Shown here piece after piece: positions 26,213-39,889 of a stretch of DNA of 64,000 bases; the stretch's first letter is position 1, and every line of letters starts with the position of its first letter. Position numbers and translations under genes: made by a program. The DNA is taken from assembly GCF_006345805.1 (NCBI RefSeq), contig NC_042997.1, positions 138,694,001 through 138,758,000 on the forward strand, read 5' to 3'. The notes under the pieces were generated by a model. That model saw only the letters and a program-made list of their open reading frames with translations. It was not told the DNA's origin and ran no database searches. The DNA is from Octopus sinensis. Taxonomy: Eukaryota.

Positions 26213-28071
26213 TAAACATCAACTGTGGAATTTTTCAAGGTGACTCACTTTCACCTTTAATATTCTGCATAGCCCTAATACCCCTTACAAGTGAATTAAA
26301 CAGAACAGGGTATGGGTATAAAATTGCCAATAAAAAAATAAGCCATCTATTTTATATGGATGACTTAAAACTTTATGGTAAAGACAATAATGAACTTGAA
26401 GGCCTATTGCGCACCGTGAAAGCATTCAGCGATGACATCGGGATGGAGTTTGGACTTGAGAAGTGTGCCAAGGCCACTTTCCAGAAAGGGAAAGTGAAGA
26501 CCACAAATTCAGTCGTGTTAGATGTTGACACAGTCATAAGAGAGCTTGAGCAAGAACAATCATACAAATATTTAGGGATAAATGAAGGCTCTGGTATTCA
26601 GCATGCAAGCATGAAAGAGAAAATCAGGAAGGAATGTTATAGGAGAGTTCGTGCAGTCCTGAAATCTGAACTAAATGCACGTAACAAGGTGTTAGCTATA
26701 AATTCCTTAGCAGTTCCAGTTGTTACTTATAGCTACAATGTGTTGAACTGGAATATGAGTGAAGTAAAGAATATAGATAGGAAAATACGCAAGCTGCTGA
26801 GTTGTAATAGGATGCACCACCCAAAGGCAGACGTAGATCGCCTTTACCTTCCCAGAGCCCAAGGAGGTCGAGGCCTGATCCAATTTGAACTAGCTTACAA
26901 AACAACCACAATTGGACTGGCCAAATATCTCGAAATATCGAATGACTGTATGCTAAAGCTCGTGGAAAATCACGAGAGACGAAAGAAGCTTCATTCTATC
27001 ATCAAGGAAAGCAAAAAATTTGCTATTGATCTCGAGCAGGATACCCAAACTGAACAACCCGAGGGAAGTACGGCAACTATTGTTGCAAAGAAGGTGAAAA
27101 TGATGGCAATGAAGAAAGCGCACGAGCAATTGGCTGATAGGTGGGAGGAGAAACCTCTGCACGGCAAATATGTGACCCGCAGCAAACAAGCTGATGTTGA
27201 CCAGAAGCAAACCCATCAGTGGCTACGGAGCTCAGGGCTAAAAGCAGAGAGCGAAGGTTTCATCCTGGCTGCTCAAGATCAAAGCCTATTAACCCGGAAC
27301 TACCAGGCCAATGTGATGAAAAATGGAGCAGACCCAAAATGCCGATTCTGCAACGACATGATTGAAACAGTGGACCACCTAATCTCTGGATGTAAAGTCT
27401 TAGCACCAGTGGAGTATAAATTAAGACATGACAGAGTTGGCCAATATCTCCACTGGCTAATAAGTCGGCATTACAATATCAAAACTGCCGACAAGTGGTA
27501 TAATCACCACCCTGAGGCTGTAACTGAAGGAGAAAATGTAACCATTCTGTGGGACTTTCCAGTACATACAGACCGAACCATCAAGGCCAATAAACCAGAT
27601 ATTGTTGTGAAAGACCAAAACAATAAAGTTTGCTTATTGATCGACATGAGCATCCCCTGTGATCATAATATCTCAGCGAAAGAGTTTGACAAGCTCAGAA
27701 AATATAAAGACCTACTCATTGAAATTGAGAAAATGTGGCATCTCAAGGCGGTTACAATACCAGTGATCGTAGGAGCACTAGGAATGATCAAGAGGGGAAC
27801 CGAAAATTATATGAGAATGATCCCTGGCTTACCATCCCTGCAAGAAGTGCAAAAGATTGTCTTAACTGGTACATCACACGTATTGAGAAGAGCATTGTCG
27901 ATGTGAGAACTGTTGCTGCTCATGTATTTTAATTTAACTTAAAAAAAAAAATGAACGAACTACTGAGTTTGGTTTAATGGCCTACCAATGCATACTATGA
28001 GTTTCTTTGCCCTAGGAGTCGGGAAGACATTCGGCAAGAAATGGAAGCAAATTTGAAAGAAGAAAAAAAAA

Positions 28072-28073
<2 letters not shown>
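26212..28073 (+). mobile_element. R4/Dong-type RLE retrotransposon, 5'-truncated 1.86-kb copy with uninterrupted reading frame
   Basis: Frame open from 26215 (NINCGIFQGDSLSPLIFC) through YMDDLKLY, CRFCNDMIETVDHLISGC and KPDIVV..LIDMSIP to the stop at 27906. Flanked by (AAT)n. Confidence 0.95.
26356..27906 (+). CDS. Reverse transcriptase C-terminal half plus CCHC and restriction-like endonuclease (partial R4/Dong ORF)
   Basis: 516-aa ORF with the motifs above. It lacks the N-terminal part of the RT because of 5' truncation. Confidence 0.85.
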   Translation: MDDLKLYGKDNNELEGLLRTVKAFSDDIGMEFGLEKCAKATFQKGKVKTTNSVVLDVDTVIRELEQEQSYKYLGINEGSGIQHASMKEKIRKECYRRVRAVLKSELNARNKVLAINSLAVPVVTYSYNVLNWNMSEVKNIDRKIRKLLSCNRMHHPKADVDRLYLPRAQGGRGLIQFELAYKTTTIGLAKYLEISNDCMLKLVENHERRKKLHSIIKESKKFAIDLEQDTQTEQPEGSTATIVAKKVKMMAMKKAHEQLADRWEEKPLHGKYVTRSKQADVDQKQTHQWLRSSGLKAESEGFILAAQDQSLLTRNYQANVMKNGADPKCRFCNDMIETVDHLISGCKVLAPVEYKLRHDRVGQYLHWLISRHYNIKTADKWYNHHPEAVTEGENVTILWDFPVHTDRTIKANKPDIVVKDQNNKVCLLIDMSIPCDHNISAKEFDKLRKYKDLLIEIEKMWHLKAVTIPVIVGALGMIKRGTENYMRMIPGLPSLQEVQKIVLTGTSHVLRRALSM

Positions 28074-28109
<36 letters not shown>

Positions 28110-28110
<1 letters not shown>

Positions 28111-28798
28111 CACAAGACCAAAGCCTCCCCACCAGAAATTACCAAAAACATGTAATGAAAAGAAATACAGTAACTGCAGAATATTCGGAGATGGACAACA
28201 AACAATAAATCATATTGTCTCTGGCTGCTCAGTCCTTGCTAAGAAGGAATATATTCACAGACACGACAGAGTTGGGACCAATATACACTGGATGCTATGC
28301 CAACATTACGGAATAACGACATAAAAAAGATGGTATAGGCACACACCAGAAAAGGTCACAGAAAATGAGAAAGCCACCATACCATGGAATACGACAATAC
28401 AGACAGATAGATAAATTAAGGCCAATAGGCTGGATATAGTTGTCAGAGGTCATCAAGAAAAAATGCTTTCGAATCGCTGTATCAATACCAACATATGCCA
28501 TTGTTTCTCTAAAAGAAATGGAGAAACTTTCAAAATACAAGGACCTGGAAATAGAGGTAACTCACTGTAGGCGCATTAGGTATTATAAAAAAATATTCAG
28601 ACAATACATGACAAAAACATCAGGACTAACAAGTATATATAACAGAAAATAGCACTACTAGGCACCGCGCACATCCTACCTAAAACACTTTCAATACAGT
28701 AAAAATAAGAGCATCACTACAAACTACAGATCATACCCAAGGCAACAGAGCTGCGCTCCGTAGTGCAGTGAGAACACGTGATAAAAAGAAGACTACTG
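28110..28798 (+). mobile_element. Degenerate 3' fragment of the second R4/Dong family
   Basis: gcacaagaccaaagcctccccaccagaaattacc matches about 25285 onward. Same 3' end (gactactg then AAT). Confidence 0.85.
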
Positions 28799-28820
28799 AA
28801 TAATAATAATAATAATGACG

Positions 28821-28896
<76 letters not shown>

Positions 28897-28897
<1 letters not shown>

Positions 28898-29567
28898 TCT
28901 TTCTACAATAGGCACAAAGATTGAAATTGCAGGGGAGGGGGCTAGTCGATTACATCGACCCCAGTGTTCAACTGGTGCTTAATTTATCGACCCCGAAAGG
29001 ATGAAATACAATGTTGACCTCGGCGGAATCTGAACTTAGAACGTAGCAACGGGCGAAATACCACTAAACATTTCGTCCAGCGTGCTTAACGATTCTACCA
29101 GCTCACCACCTTAAATGGTTTCAGATTTTGCCACAAGGGCAGCAATTTTCGGGGAGGGATGTGTCGATGACATCAACCCCGGTGTTTAACTGATATCTAT
29201 TTTATCGACACCGAAAAGTTGAAAGAGAAAGTCGACCCCGGCGGAATTTGAACTCAGAACGTAGCGACGAGCGAAATACTGCTAAGCATTTCGTCCAGCG
29301 TACTAACGATTCTGCCAGCTCGCCGCCTTCTTAATTATAATAATAATAATCATGATTTCAAATTTTGTCACAAGGACAGCGGTTTTGGGGGAGGAGATGA
29401 CTCGATTGCATCGACCCCTGTATTCAACTGGTACTTATTTTTTCGGCCCGAAAGGATGAAAGGCAAAGTCGACCTCGGTGGAATTTGAACCCAGAACGTA
29501 GCGACAGGCGAAATACAGCGAAGCATCTCGTTCAGCGTGCTAACGATTTTGCCAGCTCACCGCCTTC

Positions 29568-29623
<56 letters not shown>

Positions 29624-29837
29624 CATTTCTATTATAGGCACAAGGCCTGGAATTTGGGGGAAGGGGATAGTTGATTACATCGACCTAAGTATTTACCTGG
29701 TACTTAATTGGTCGACTCCGAAAGGATGAAAGGTAAAGTCGACCTCAGCGCAGCTTCAACTCAGAACATAGCGACGGGCGAAATACCGCTAAGCATTTCG
29801 TTTAGAGTGCTAACAATTCTGCCAGTGTGCCGCATTC

Positions 29838-29872
<35 letters not shown>

Positions 29873-30086
29873 CCTATCTACTATATCACAAGTCCTGAAA
29901 TTTTGGCGGAGGAGATGAGTCAATTACATCGACCCCAGTGCGTAACTGGTACTTAATTTATCGAACCCTAAAGGATGAAAGGCAAAGTCAACCCCTGTGG
30001 CATTTGAACTCAGAACGTGTAGATAGACGAACTACTGCTAAGCATTTCGTGCGGCGTGCTAACAACTCAGCCAGCTCACTGCCGTC

Positions 30087-30088
<2 letters not shown>
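28897..30088 (-). mobile_element. Head-to-tail array of five SINE family B copies, mostly separated by (AAT)n
   Basis: Units at about 28897-29112, 29114-29329, 29351-29566, 29623-29838 and 29871-30088. Confidence 0.88.
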
Positions 30089-30119
<31 letters not shown>

Positions 30120-30121
30120 TA

Positions 30122-30832
<711 letters not shown>

Positions 30833-31519
30833 TGATGATGATGATGATGACGATGATGATAATAATAACGTTTCTGATTTTACGGCAAGAGCGAACTATT
30901 GATATAGCTTGCCGAAGATTAAAATTTTGGAGCGAACGTAAATATAGAGCAAAATTAAACCAGAAAATAAAGGCATTCATAATGCACATATGCATAATGC
31001 AAGTTTACACATATAAAAGATATGCACTCACAGACATGCACATATGCTGCATATATATGCATTGATAGACACTAGATTTATGCTGTTACTAGACACCTCT
31101 GTGAACAATAAACATTTCTATTTTCTTTTTATATTTTCAATAAATGTTTAATGTTTAATGTATTGCTAACAGCAAATTACAAATATAAGATGACATAGAA
31201 AACGTTATAACTGAAAAGCAAACAAAACATTTTCTTTTGTCTATTAGACACATGGTATAATTGTCTGTTCCATCATTTGGCCACTTCATACATAAAATGT
31301 AAGTCTATCTTAATGCTCAGCGTATCTTTCAATCTCAGTTGCATAGTCTGACATTCTAACTATTCCTTTCTCTTCCATTTCTTCTTTTGAACGTCGTATA
31401 ATTTCCGGCATTTCATCGTCTTCACACTACGAAAAAGAAATTCCGCACACCAGCACACACAAAAAAAAAGAGGATATAATAGTTGATTGAATTGTCTGAG
31501 TACATTACTGGTACTTATT

Positions 31520-31752
31520 TCTTACTTCTTTATTGCCCACAAGGGGCTAAACATAGAGGAGACAAACAAGGAGAGACAAAGGGATTAAGTCGATTACATC
31601 GACCCCAGCGCGTAACTGGTACTTAATTTATCGACCCCCGAAAGGATGAAAGGCAAAGTCGACCTCGGCGGAATTTGAACTCAGAACGTAACGGCAGACG
31701 AGATACAGCTACGCATTTCGCCCGGGCTAACGTTTCTGCCAGCTCGCCGCCT
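31520..31752 (-). mobile_element. SINE family B, alternative-tail subfamily
   Basis: Same tail as 14915-15148 and 18350-18583. Confidence 0.8.
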
Positions 31753-31762
31753 TTACTGCTAA

Positions 31763-31854
31763 TTATTTCTGCTGACCACCTACCCAGTATCATAAATTCT
31801 GGTACTTATTTCTGTTGACCACCTACCCAGTACCATAAATTCTGGTACTTATTT
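31763..31854. repeat. 43-bp tandem duplication
   Basis: ttatttctg(c/t)tgaccacctacccagta(t/c)cataaattctggtac, twice. Confidence 0.85.
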
Positions 31855-33102
31855 GTGTTAGTTCGATATTATTTCGAAGCAAAAAATAACTAGAGACATC
31901 GGAGCAATGTCTATTCCTTTGGCATCTGTTTTAAGATACGTTCACTCCTCGACAAAAAGCTCGAAGCATCCCGAAGCTCGTTTACTCGCATCATATAAGC
32001 TTATCTCAAATTTTCTAACCTACCTTCAATAGTGGTTTCAAATTTTAGCACAAGGCCAGCAATTCTGGGAAAGGGGTCTAGTCGATTACATCGACCCTAC
32101 TGATCAGTTGGCACTTATTTTATCGAACCCGAAAGGACGGAAAGCAAAGTCGATCCCGGCGACATTTGTACTCAGAACGTAAAGCTGTGAAGATATACCG
32201 CTAAGCATTTTGTCTGGCTGCTAACGATTCTGCCAGCTTTCCACCTTAACTTCGTAAATATTGGTTTTTATTATATTTGTATGAAATTTACGAGTTTATA
32301 GTGACAGGAGTATAACATGTTTTACTAAAATACAGATCAATGCCCATCAAAATCCACTGAAATATTGACGAATGAGAAAAAGGTAAAGGTAGTGGATTTT
32401 GAACTTTGAACGTAAAGCAACGAAATAAATTCTAGAAAGTATCGGACACTCTACCTTTGAAGATAATAATTGGAAAAAAATACTTTCGATATTTTATTTA
32501 TAAATTCCCTCCGTAACTTTACAGTCCTTAACGTTGATGAAAAGAAGTTGTATATTGAAGAGCGATCTAAACCTAGAGAAAAAACGGAAGTTAAATATTC
32601 GCCAAACAAACAACATCATCGATCTCGAACTCTCAAGTAATTTAGATTAGCATACTATTCAGAGTTCTGCCACTTCTGTGCCAACAGAGAATATTCAATC
32701 TTCGAACACATTTGAAACAGCTAAGCTGGTGTCCAAAACTATCCTCTTAGGCGTGGCCCTTCAGGTACTTCATATAAAGCCTTTAACAAAAACCTGTAAT
32801 CTCTCTCACTTTTCAAATTTCCACATCATTTCTCTTTTACGCTTTTTCATTTTTAGATCTGTCTCTATCTGTAAGTACCTACCTTCCTAGTGACCGCGCA
32901 AATTTTCAACTATCTATAAGATAACCATCTCGAGAGGGACGTTATTTTGTTTCTACGGCGGAAGTGAAGGCAACCTGTATCGTAACTTGTACCGATCGGA
33001 AACGGCTTTGAATCTGATAAGACAACCTACTCTAGTGATTGAGCCACGATAAAACACTATGACACTTTTTTATTGTTTAGGAAGTGTTAGGCCTGAGGCT
33101 TG

Positions 33103-34570
33103 CTGTAAGCATTCGGGCCGGGCCCCTTGTCTGAGAATAACAGTAGAGTCTTCGGTCATATACGAGACTGCTTAGTTAGCTAGCGCACAATGCCAAATCT
33201 CTTTCACTTTGCCACTTGATGCCCAGCAAATACAAAATTTTGAGAAGCCTACTCACGGTTACTTATAAGGATACACAGCAACAAATGAGTCAGGGTTTCC
33301 AATTCTTCAGCTTAAAGTAGCACCTTCTCATACAATACTCCACGTGTGTACGTTTCTATGGAAGCTTTACAGATCAAATTCTACTAATAAATCTGTCTGC
33401 ATTAGTCACCGAAAGAACATCAAAGCCAACTGCCATTAACTGATTATTGCTTCATGTGTGGTTTTAAACTCCACCTACTTCAATTGCTGACATAGGTGTT
33501 TTCAGCTAAACATTCTTATAGCTCCAAGATGCAAGCATATATTACTCGATCCACCTCTGATTGTGCAACAAATATAATTTCACATTTTGGTTTCATTACT
33601 TTAACGGGTTTAACTCTTTGGCATTTAAACCGGCCGTATCTGGTCCAAATATTCTACCTATTTTAAGTTTAAACCGACAGATTAGCCTCTCGCATTTACT
33701 CTACAATGTCATTTAAAAAATAATAATCACATCATCAAAGCCACGAAATTAGAAGATGACATATGATTAATTCAAAATAATTTAAATAAATAAGCATTAC
33801 TTTCGACTGAAATTAAACCCAACGTAGCAATAAAAATAAACTGAGAAACACGATAAAAGTACCGGAACTTTTCTATTCTATACGCAAATATTTTATCCTA
33901 TATGATTTCAGTTCCCACTTGAATCTCCAATATTATCCGATTATAACAAGCAGACCATGTATTCTACAATTCTGTGATACACATGCCTCTCATAATCGCA
34001 TGCTTAAGACCTTTAGTGGAATCCAATCTCTGTAAGCATTCGAGCCAGGCACCTAACTTTGGAATAACAGTGGAATCCGAGTCATATAAGGGACCGCTTA
34101 ATTAGCTAGTGCATGATAGCAAATCTCTTTCAGTTCGTCACCAAAGGTCTAGAAAATACAACATTGTGAGAAGCCTACTCACAGCTCCTGAGTTCCAAAT
34201 TTGTAACTTACAAAAAAAAAGCACAAAGCTACTGTCCAGGCTGCACTCTCTGGGGTCTCTTTGCTCTGAAATATGTTACATATGACACAACAGTGCAATT
34301 CACTCTACCTGTATTTAGCCCGCAACGATTTCCATTTACTGAAGTCTCTCTACCTCATCCTCTAATTTCATATGCTCTGTCTGCTGCTCCACCAACCGCT
34401 CTCACGTCATCTCTTTCTGAAGACATCATAATTATAGACATTCAATGCAACACAATTTCTTCTTGATTATTATTTTGTATTATCTGCGCCAGTTAGTGTC
34501 CACACTAACCTATATCCTGACAGATAATCTGACACACCAAATACCCTTGATCTCTTTCTCAACCCCAAAC
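33103..34570 (+). mobile_element. Degenerate repeat region with CR1-like LINE endonuclease remnant
   Basis: About 160-bp diverged direct repeat (33103-33260 vs 34033-34190). 33305-33570 recurs inverted at about 36325-36600. 34430-34560 translates to IIII-GDFNA- and T.YPDR.SDTPNTLDLFL-like CR1 APE motifs. Confidence 0.55.
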
Positions 34571-34946
34571 ATAGCTTTAACCTAGATACATAGATTTTGC
34601 AATGAATTAGATTGGCTAATCACAGCCTAATCGTAGCAACACACAAGATAATTGCTGCACGCAATAACTACAGACTACAGACTCACTCATTTTTCAGTAT
34701 CCTGTTATTTTACTGCGTCTCATTTCCTAAAAGCTTCATTAGACATTTTCCCCTGGCCTTCTTCTCCAGGGCTATAACTTTCTAGTATACGCTCCCGTAC
34801 ACATTTTTTCTGCAGATGCTGAATAATGTTCAAGATGAACGTTATTAATCTCATGAATTTCATCAGTTTAGAAGACCCTTCAAAGGTCGTGTGTACTACC
34901 CTCTGCCTAACGCATACACGCACACATACACACACACATACGTACA

Positions 34947-36050
34947 CGGAATTTTGCTATATTATTTTATTCACTTAGTTTTATATGTTTGCACTTTTAT
35001 CGCCTTGAAAGTATTCTCCAATTGAAGTAATGCATCGGTCTAGACGCGTTTTCCACTGTTCGAAGCAGTCCTGGAACTTTTGCGAAGTGATGCCTTTTTA
35101 CGCCTCCGTCGTTTTCTTCTTCACCTTTTCTACATCTGCAAAACGTTTACCTTTAATGATTTTTTTTCATTCGGGGAAACAAAAAATGACCCAGGGATCA
35201 AAATCGGATGAATAGGTGGTGGTGGTGGTGGTGGTGGTGGGGGGGGGTAAGCGGGGTCACTTCATTTTAAGTCAAAAACTGCCTCACACTAAATGCAGTG
35301 TGCTCAGGCGCATTGTCGTGATAAAACGACTACTCTCCACTTTGTCACAAGTCGGGGCATTTTCGTCTCACCTCGTTTCGTAAATGGTTCAGAACTGCCA
35401 AGTAGACTGCCTGGTTAACAATTTTACCAGGGGGAACAAATTCTGTGTGGACAATTCCTTTCACATTCATGAAACAAATCAGCATCATCTTGACATTGAA
35501 CTTCACTTGACGCAGTTTTTTGGGGCGTGGTGACATTGAATGCTTCCATTAACTTGACTGCTGCTTCGTTGCCGGATCGTAGCCATAGCACACCACCTTT
35601 CGTCACCAGTGATGATCTTTGAATAAAGGCCCGGATCAACTTCCAGTTGTTCTTTCAGTTCACGACACGCATTCAGTCGTGACTGCTTTTGATTTTCCTA
35701 GAGCAAGCGAAGCACAAATTTTGTTGCAACTCTTTTCATTCGCAATTCCTCACTCAAAATTCGATGGCAGGAGCTCCAGGACACATCAGCCATTTCAACA
35801 AGTTCGTCAATTGTTCAGCGATGGTCCCCCAAGATCAGTTCACGAATTTTTATGAGGTTTTCATTCTTTCGGGAGGACGACAATCGCCCTGAACGAGGTT
35901 GGTCTTCAAAGACACACCACGTGGCAGTACGGCTCGTCTCGATGACGCCGGTCGGCGGACTGATGCTTGAGGATCGCATCAAGTGGCAACCTGAACTACA
36001 ACGGGCTTGTCCCACCGAGAATTTTTGTGTTACTTTTGGGTACCCCCTCG
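34947..36050 (-). mobile_element. Mariner DNA transposon relic
   Basis: Minus strand EDQPRSGR, SPRPKK.RQVK..VKMMLICF..KGIVH.EFVPPG..VNQ.VY, FQDCFEQWKTRLDRCI...GEYFQGD. One terminus TAcgagggggtacccaaaagt at 36050-36052. Frameshifts, stops and a deletion. Confidence 0.9.
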
Positions 36051-37019
36051 TATGTATATATATATATATGTGTATATGTGTGTGTGTGTGGGGGGGTATA
36101 CTCGTGTGCGTGTGTATGCATGTGTGTGTGTGCATATACCTATGTATAAAATGTATAGAAACAACAAAACATAAGTCTACAACACTCGCTATCAACAAAC
36201 TAATAATCATGGATACGAAAACGATAATGACGATGACGATGATGATTGTGGTGGTAGCGGAGAAGGCGGCGGCGTTAGGGGTGTTGTGGGCGGTGGTCGT
36301 CAACATCAATGTTTTTATCATCATTGCAGCAATCAGAAGTAAATCAGTTGATAAATGTTCGTATCCTGGAGCTATAAGAATGTCTAGTCGAATGCAATGG
36401 TTTTAGCAACTGAAGTAGAGGAGATTTTTAAAACCACACTGTGATGCAATAATCAGTTAATGGTAGTTGTCTTTTGATGTTCTTTCGGCGACTAATGCAG
36501 CCAGGTTTATATGTGGAATTTTATCTATAAAACTTCCATAGAAACGTACACACATAGTGTATTGTATGGTAAGGTGTTACTTTAAGCTGAGTAGGTAATA
36601 CACACTTGTCAGTATCGACGTAATTTGGTCACTAATGTATAAAATCTGTTGTAGCGAATGCCATGGAGGTTAGATGTACTATGCTCCCGTACGATGACCC
36701 AACTATGTCAAATTCTTGTTGCAGCCATTTTTATTTTACTTGCGCTGAAGAAGGGTATGAATGTCAAAATTCACATTTATATTCCCATACTAAAGTTATT
36801 ACTTTTTTATTGTCTAGTTTGAAAAATGCAACAGTTTATCATCCCGTTGTTTAAGGAAATCAAATTCAGCAATATCCGAAAGGTTTATGAAATTCTAAAA
36901 AAAAAAAAAAAGAAGAAGAAAAGAAAATGATGAAAGAGGATTGATGTGTTACATAAAAGTGCAAACATCATTATTCGGGTTCATCTTCACCTAGTAGGAG
37001 TATACTCCGAAAAGACTAT

Positions 37020-37560
37020 AGCCGCTGATGAGATACGGAAGGCAAGGAGTGAATATGCGAAAGATAAATTAGCGGGTTTGAAGAAAGTACTCAGCGATCC
37101 TTAAGTTTATATACAAGACTTGTTAATTGAAATTTTGACGTCTATCATTACAATTGGCTGCAGACTGGAAGCATTCCCAGTTATGTAACCGGAGAGTGGT
37201 ATCACCGCTAACGAAGGATTCGAGCAAGGGGATTACCTTTGATAATTTCAGACCCATAACTATGGTGAATACAGAATTTAAAGATTTTGGCCAAGTGTTC
37301 GCGAGGAGACAGGCTCTTGTCATCGATGGTAGTGTGTCTTGCACAACGTGTTTTTCAAAAGACATTTCGAAAATGACATCCACCCCATGTGATACATGAG
37401 AGTGTTGATAATAAATATGTATTTAGTTTGGTTCTCAGTAAAATTATCATGCGCCATACAGCTTTCGTTGCTATCTAGTGGCTGCTTTATGTGCAGGCAA
37501 TTTTGGTCTCACATTCAGAGATTGGATCAATTTTATGCACAGGGCATGCATCTGCTTGCT
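37020..37560 (+). mobile_element. L1/Tx1-type LINE reverse transcriptase fragment
   Basis: ADEIRKA...KDK.AGL, KDSSKGITFDNFRPITMVNTEFK, YLVAALCAGNFGLTFRDWI resemble L1/Tx1 RT motifs. Degenerate. Confidence 0.7.
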
Positions 37561-39889
37561 GGTAAAATGTGTTGATGGAAGAAATATCGCGTGAGCTGTG
37601 ATGCAGGAGGACTATGTTTATGAACACGGAGAACACCATCGTCATACCGTCAGACATATCGGAAATTGATGTGGTTAGCCTCTAGTAAAAGAATACGATG
37701 TGATGAAGGCAGTACACGTTAAGTCGCTGGATTTGTAGCTCATACCTGGAGAAGCAAGTACATCTTACCTAGTTACTTTGTGTCACCAGACCCTTCCAGT
37801 TAAGATGATTTGGCTCGAATCTAATCTTGATGAAACGTACAGCTAAATAGGAACTGGGAAACGATTACGAGTACCTTGGTTAGTCTCATGTAAAGATATA
37901 CCGAGACGAAGTCACAACTACTGAAAAGCCTGACAGAATTAGTAAATATTTACATCGCATCTGTGATATATTATTGTCTGACTGATGTACTTTGCATCGC
38001 ATTTGATTGGATAAGAAAGTCGACCTCGGTGGAATTTTAACGCAGGACGTAACGGCAGACGATATACCGCTAAGCATTTCGCCCGGCGTGCTAACGTTTC
38101 TGCCAGCTCGCCGCCTTAGCCGTTTTATATTTTGAAATACATGTCGGTATGAGAAATGTTTTAAAATGTTAACGAGCATCAATAATGATAAGGCTGTAGA
38201 TTAGCAAGGGCCGTGGGTTGGCAGAATAAGTGGAGGGTTGGATAAATGTCTCGCTGTATTTCGTTATTTAGTTACGCCTCGTTATATTCTCATTTCGAAT
38301 ATTACCAAGGTCAGCGTAACTTTCACTTGCCTAGAGTTGATAAATTAAAGTACTAATCAAGTACCGGTGTTATTCAAATCTCGTATATCCATCCCATAAG
38401 TCCGAAGCTTTGTTAGAAATAACGAGTCATAATTATTGTTATCGATGATGATTTCTAAATTAGACACAAGGTTACGTAGAAAAAAAAACTCGCTCGTGTT
38501 GCTGAAAATTGTTTATGCATCAAATCGAATGTGTTGTGTTAAAATGAGTAATTTGCGAAGTAATAAATACGTAGTTATATGTGTTTGGAAATTTAAAATT
38601 TAAATTGAATTTAAGATAAACAATATTTTAGACTGAAATCTACAATAAATAAAAGATATTAAGTTTACGGTATGAAATACTGTAAGATTTATGAAGTAAA
38701 ATATACACCAAGTTCGAAGTTTATACAAACACACTCTTTTGAAGGTTATACATACTCCTGTCTCCTAAAGTTTATAAATATATAACATTTCTAAATTTCA
38801 TGGATACACACATGTATCTGTGTATGTCTATACCTGTATGTGCAACCTGAATTTAAAATATGCAAACTCTAGATATATTTTTTGTTATGATTTCATTTGT
38901 TTTCTTTCACTGGCAACAAATTAAAATCAGACGGCCAAACCAACCGTTTCCAGGATTGGTTAAAGCTTGCAGTATTGTGCTGCACGCCACCTGGCTTTTC
39001 TACGCTACATGCTGCGGAATCAGCAGTTGTCTGAGGCGCATAGAAATAAAATAAAAGCAAAACATTGCGGTCAATAACCCTTGGTTGTCTGGCTGAATAA
39101 TTACGTTAGGAGACCAGTGTTGCTGTTCGCAGTAGGAGAGCAGTCTCTACGTTTCATTCAATGATGACAATATGGAGCGAACTTGTTCAATGTCTGCTTC
39201 ACATCATGCTTCGATGAACTGCAGACTGAAACTCCAGGTTCCAACGATGACGTCAGTTTTAATTAATTATACTTCACTCTTTTCTCCACCCTTTTCCCCC
39301 TCTTTATATGTCGCCAAAACAAACATTCAAACTCGATTTTTTTCCTATACATAGGAAGAAAAAATCATTAGCACTGGCGTGTCATCTAAGACTAAGTCTT
39401 TCGATCCACTTGTGTCAATAACGTCTGTTAATTTCTCACCAATCCTTCCTTTAACTGCAAGTTAGACATCGTGATGTAAAAACCAAATTATTTTTTTCAA
39501 AGTTAGAATTTCAAGAAAACTTGTGAATGAAAGGTGTCGACAGTCTCAATTGACATCGTAGAAAGCACCGTTAGACAGAATGCATTCCTCGAAGATCTTG
39601 GGGATATAAATTAAAGAAAACGGCTAGAATCTCAAACCGAAACTAAGTAGCAAGTACTAACATGTCAATGGTGAAATGTTCACTCCTTTTCAATTTGGCA
39701 CAAAAATTCTATATATTGTATAGAATTAGTGATGAAACTTTATTGCACTTTCGGCTAGCCAGGAGCACAAATTCATTCTCTACAGCAATCGCCAGGCTAT
39801 GAGGAAATGTTGCGAATATTAACAAAAAGTTTATATTTTATGATAGAAGAATACTCGACTTCTTCAGTGCACCGACTCGACTAGTACTG

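Noticed and set aside
28897-30088. Regularly spaced repeats superficially like a CRISPR array
   Set aside because: Units are about 215-bp SINEs separated by microsatellite in eukaryotic DNA, with no cas genes.
35215-35260. G-quadruplex-like (GGT)n-G run
   Set aside because: It is a microsatellite expansion within the mariner HPPYSP-coding region, with no evidence of function.
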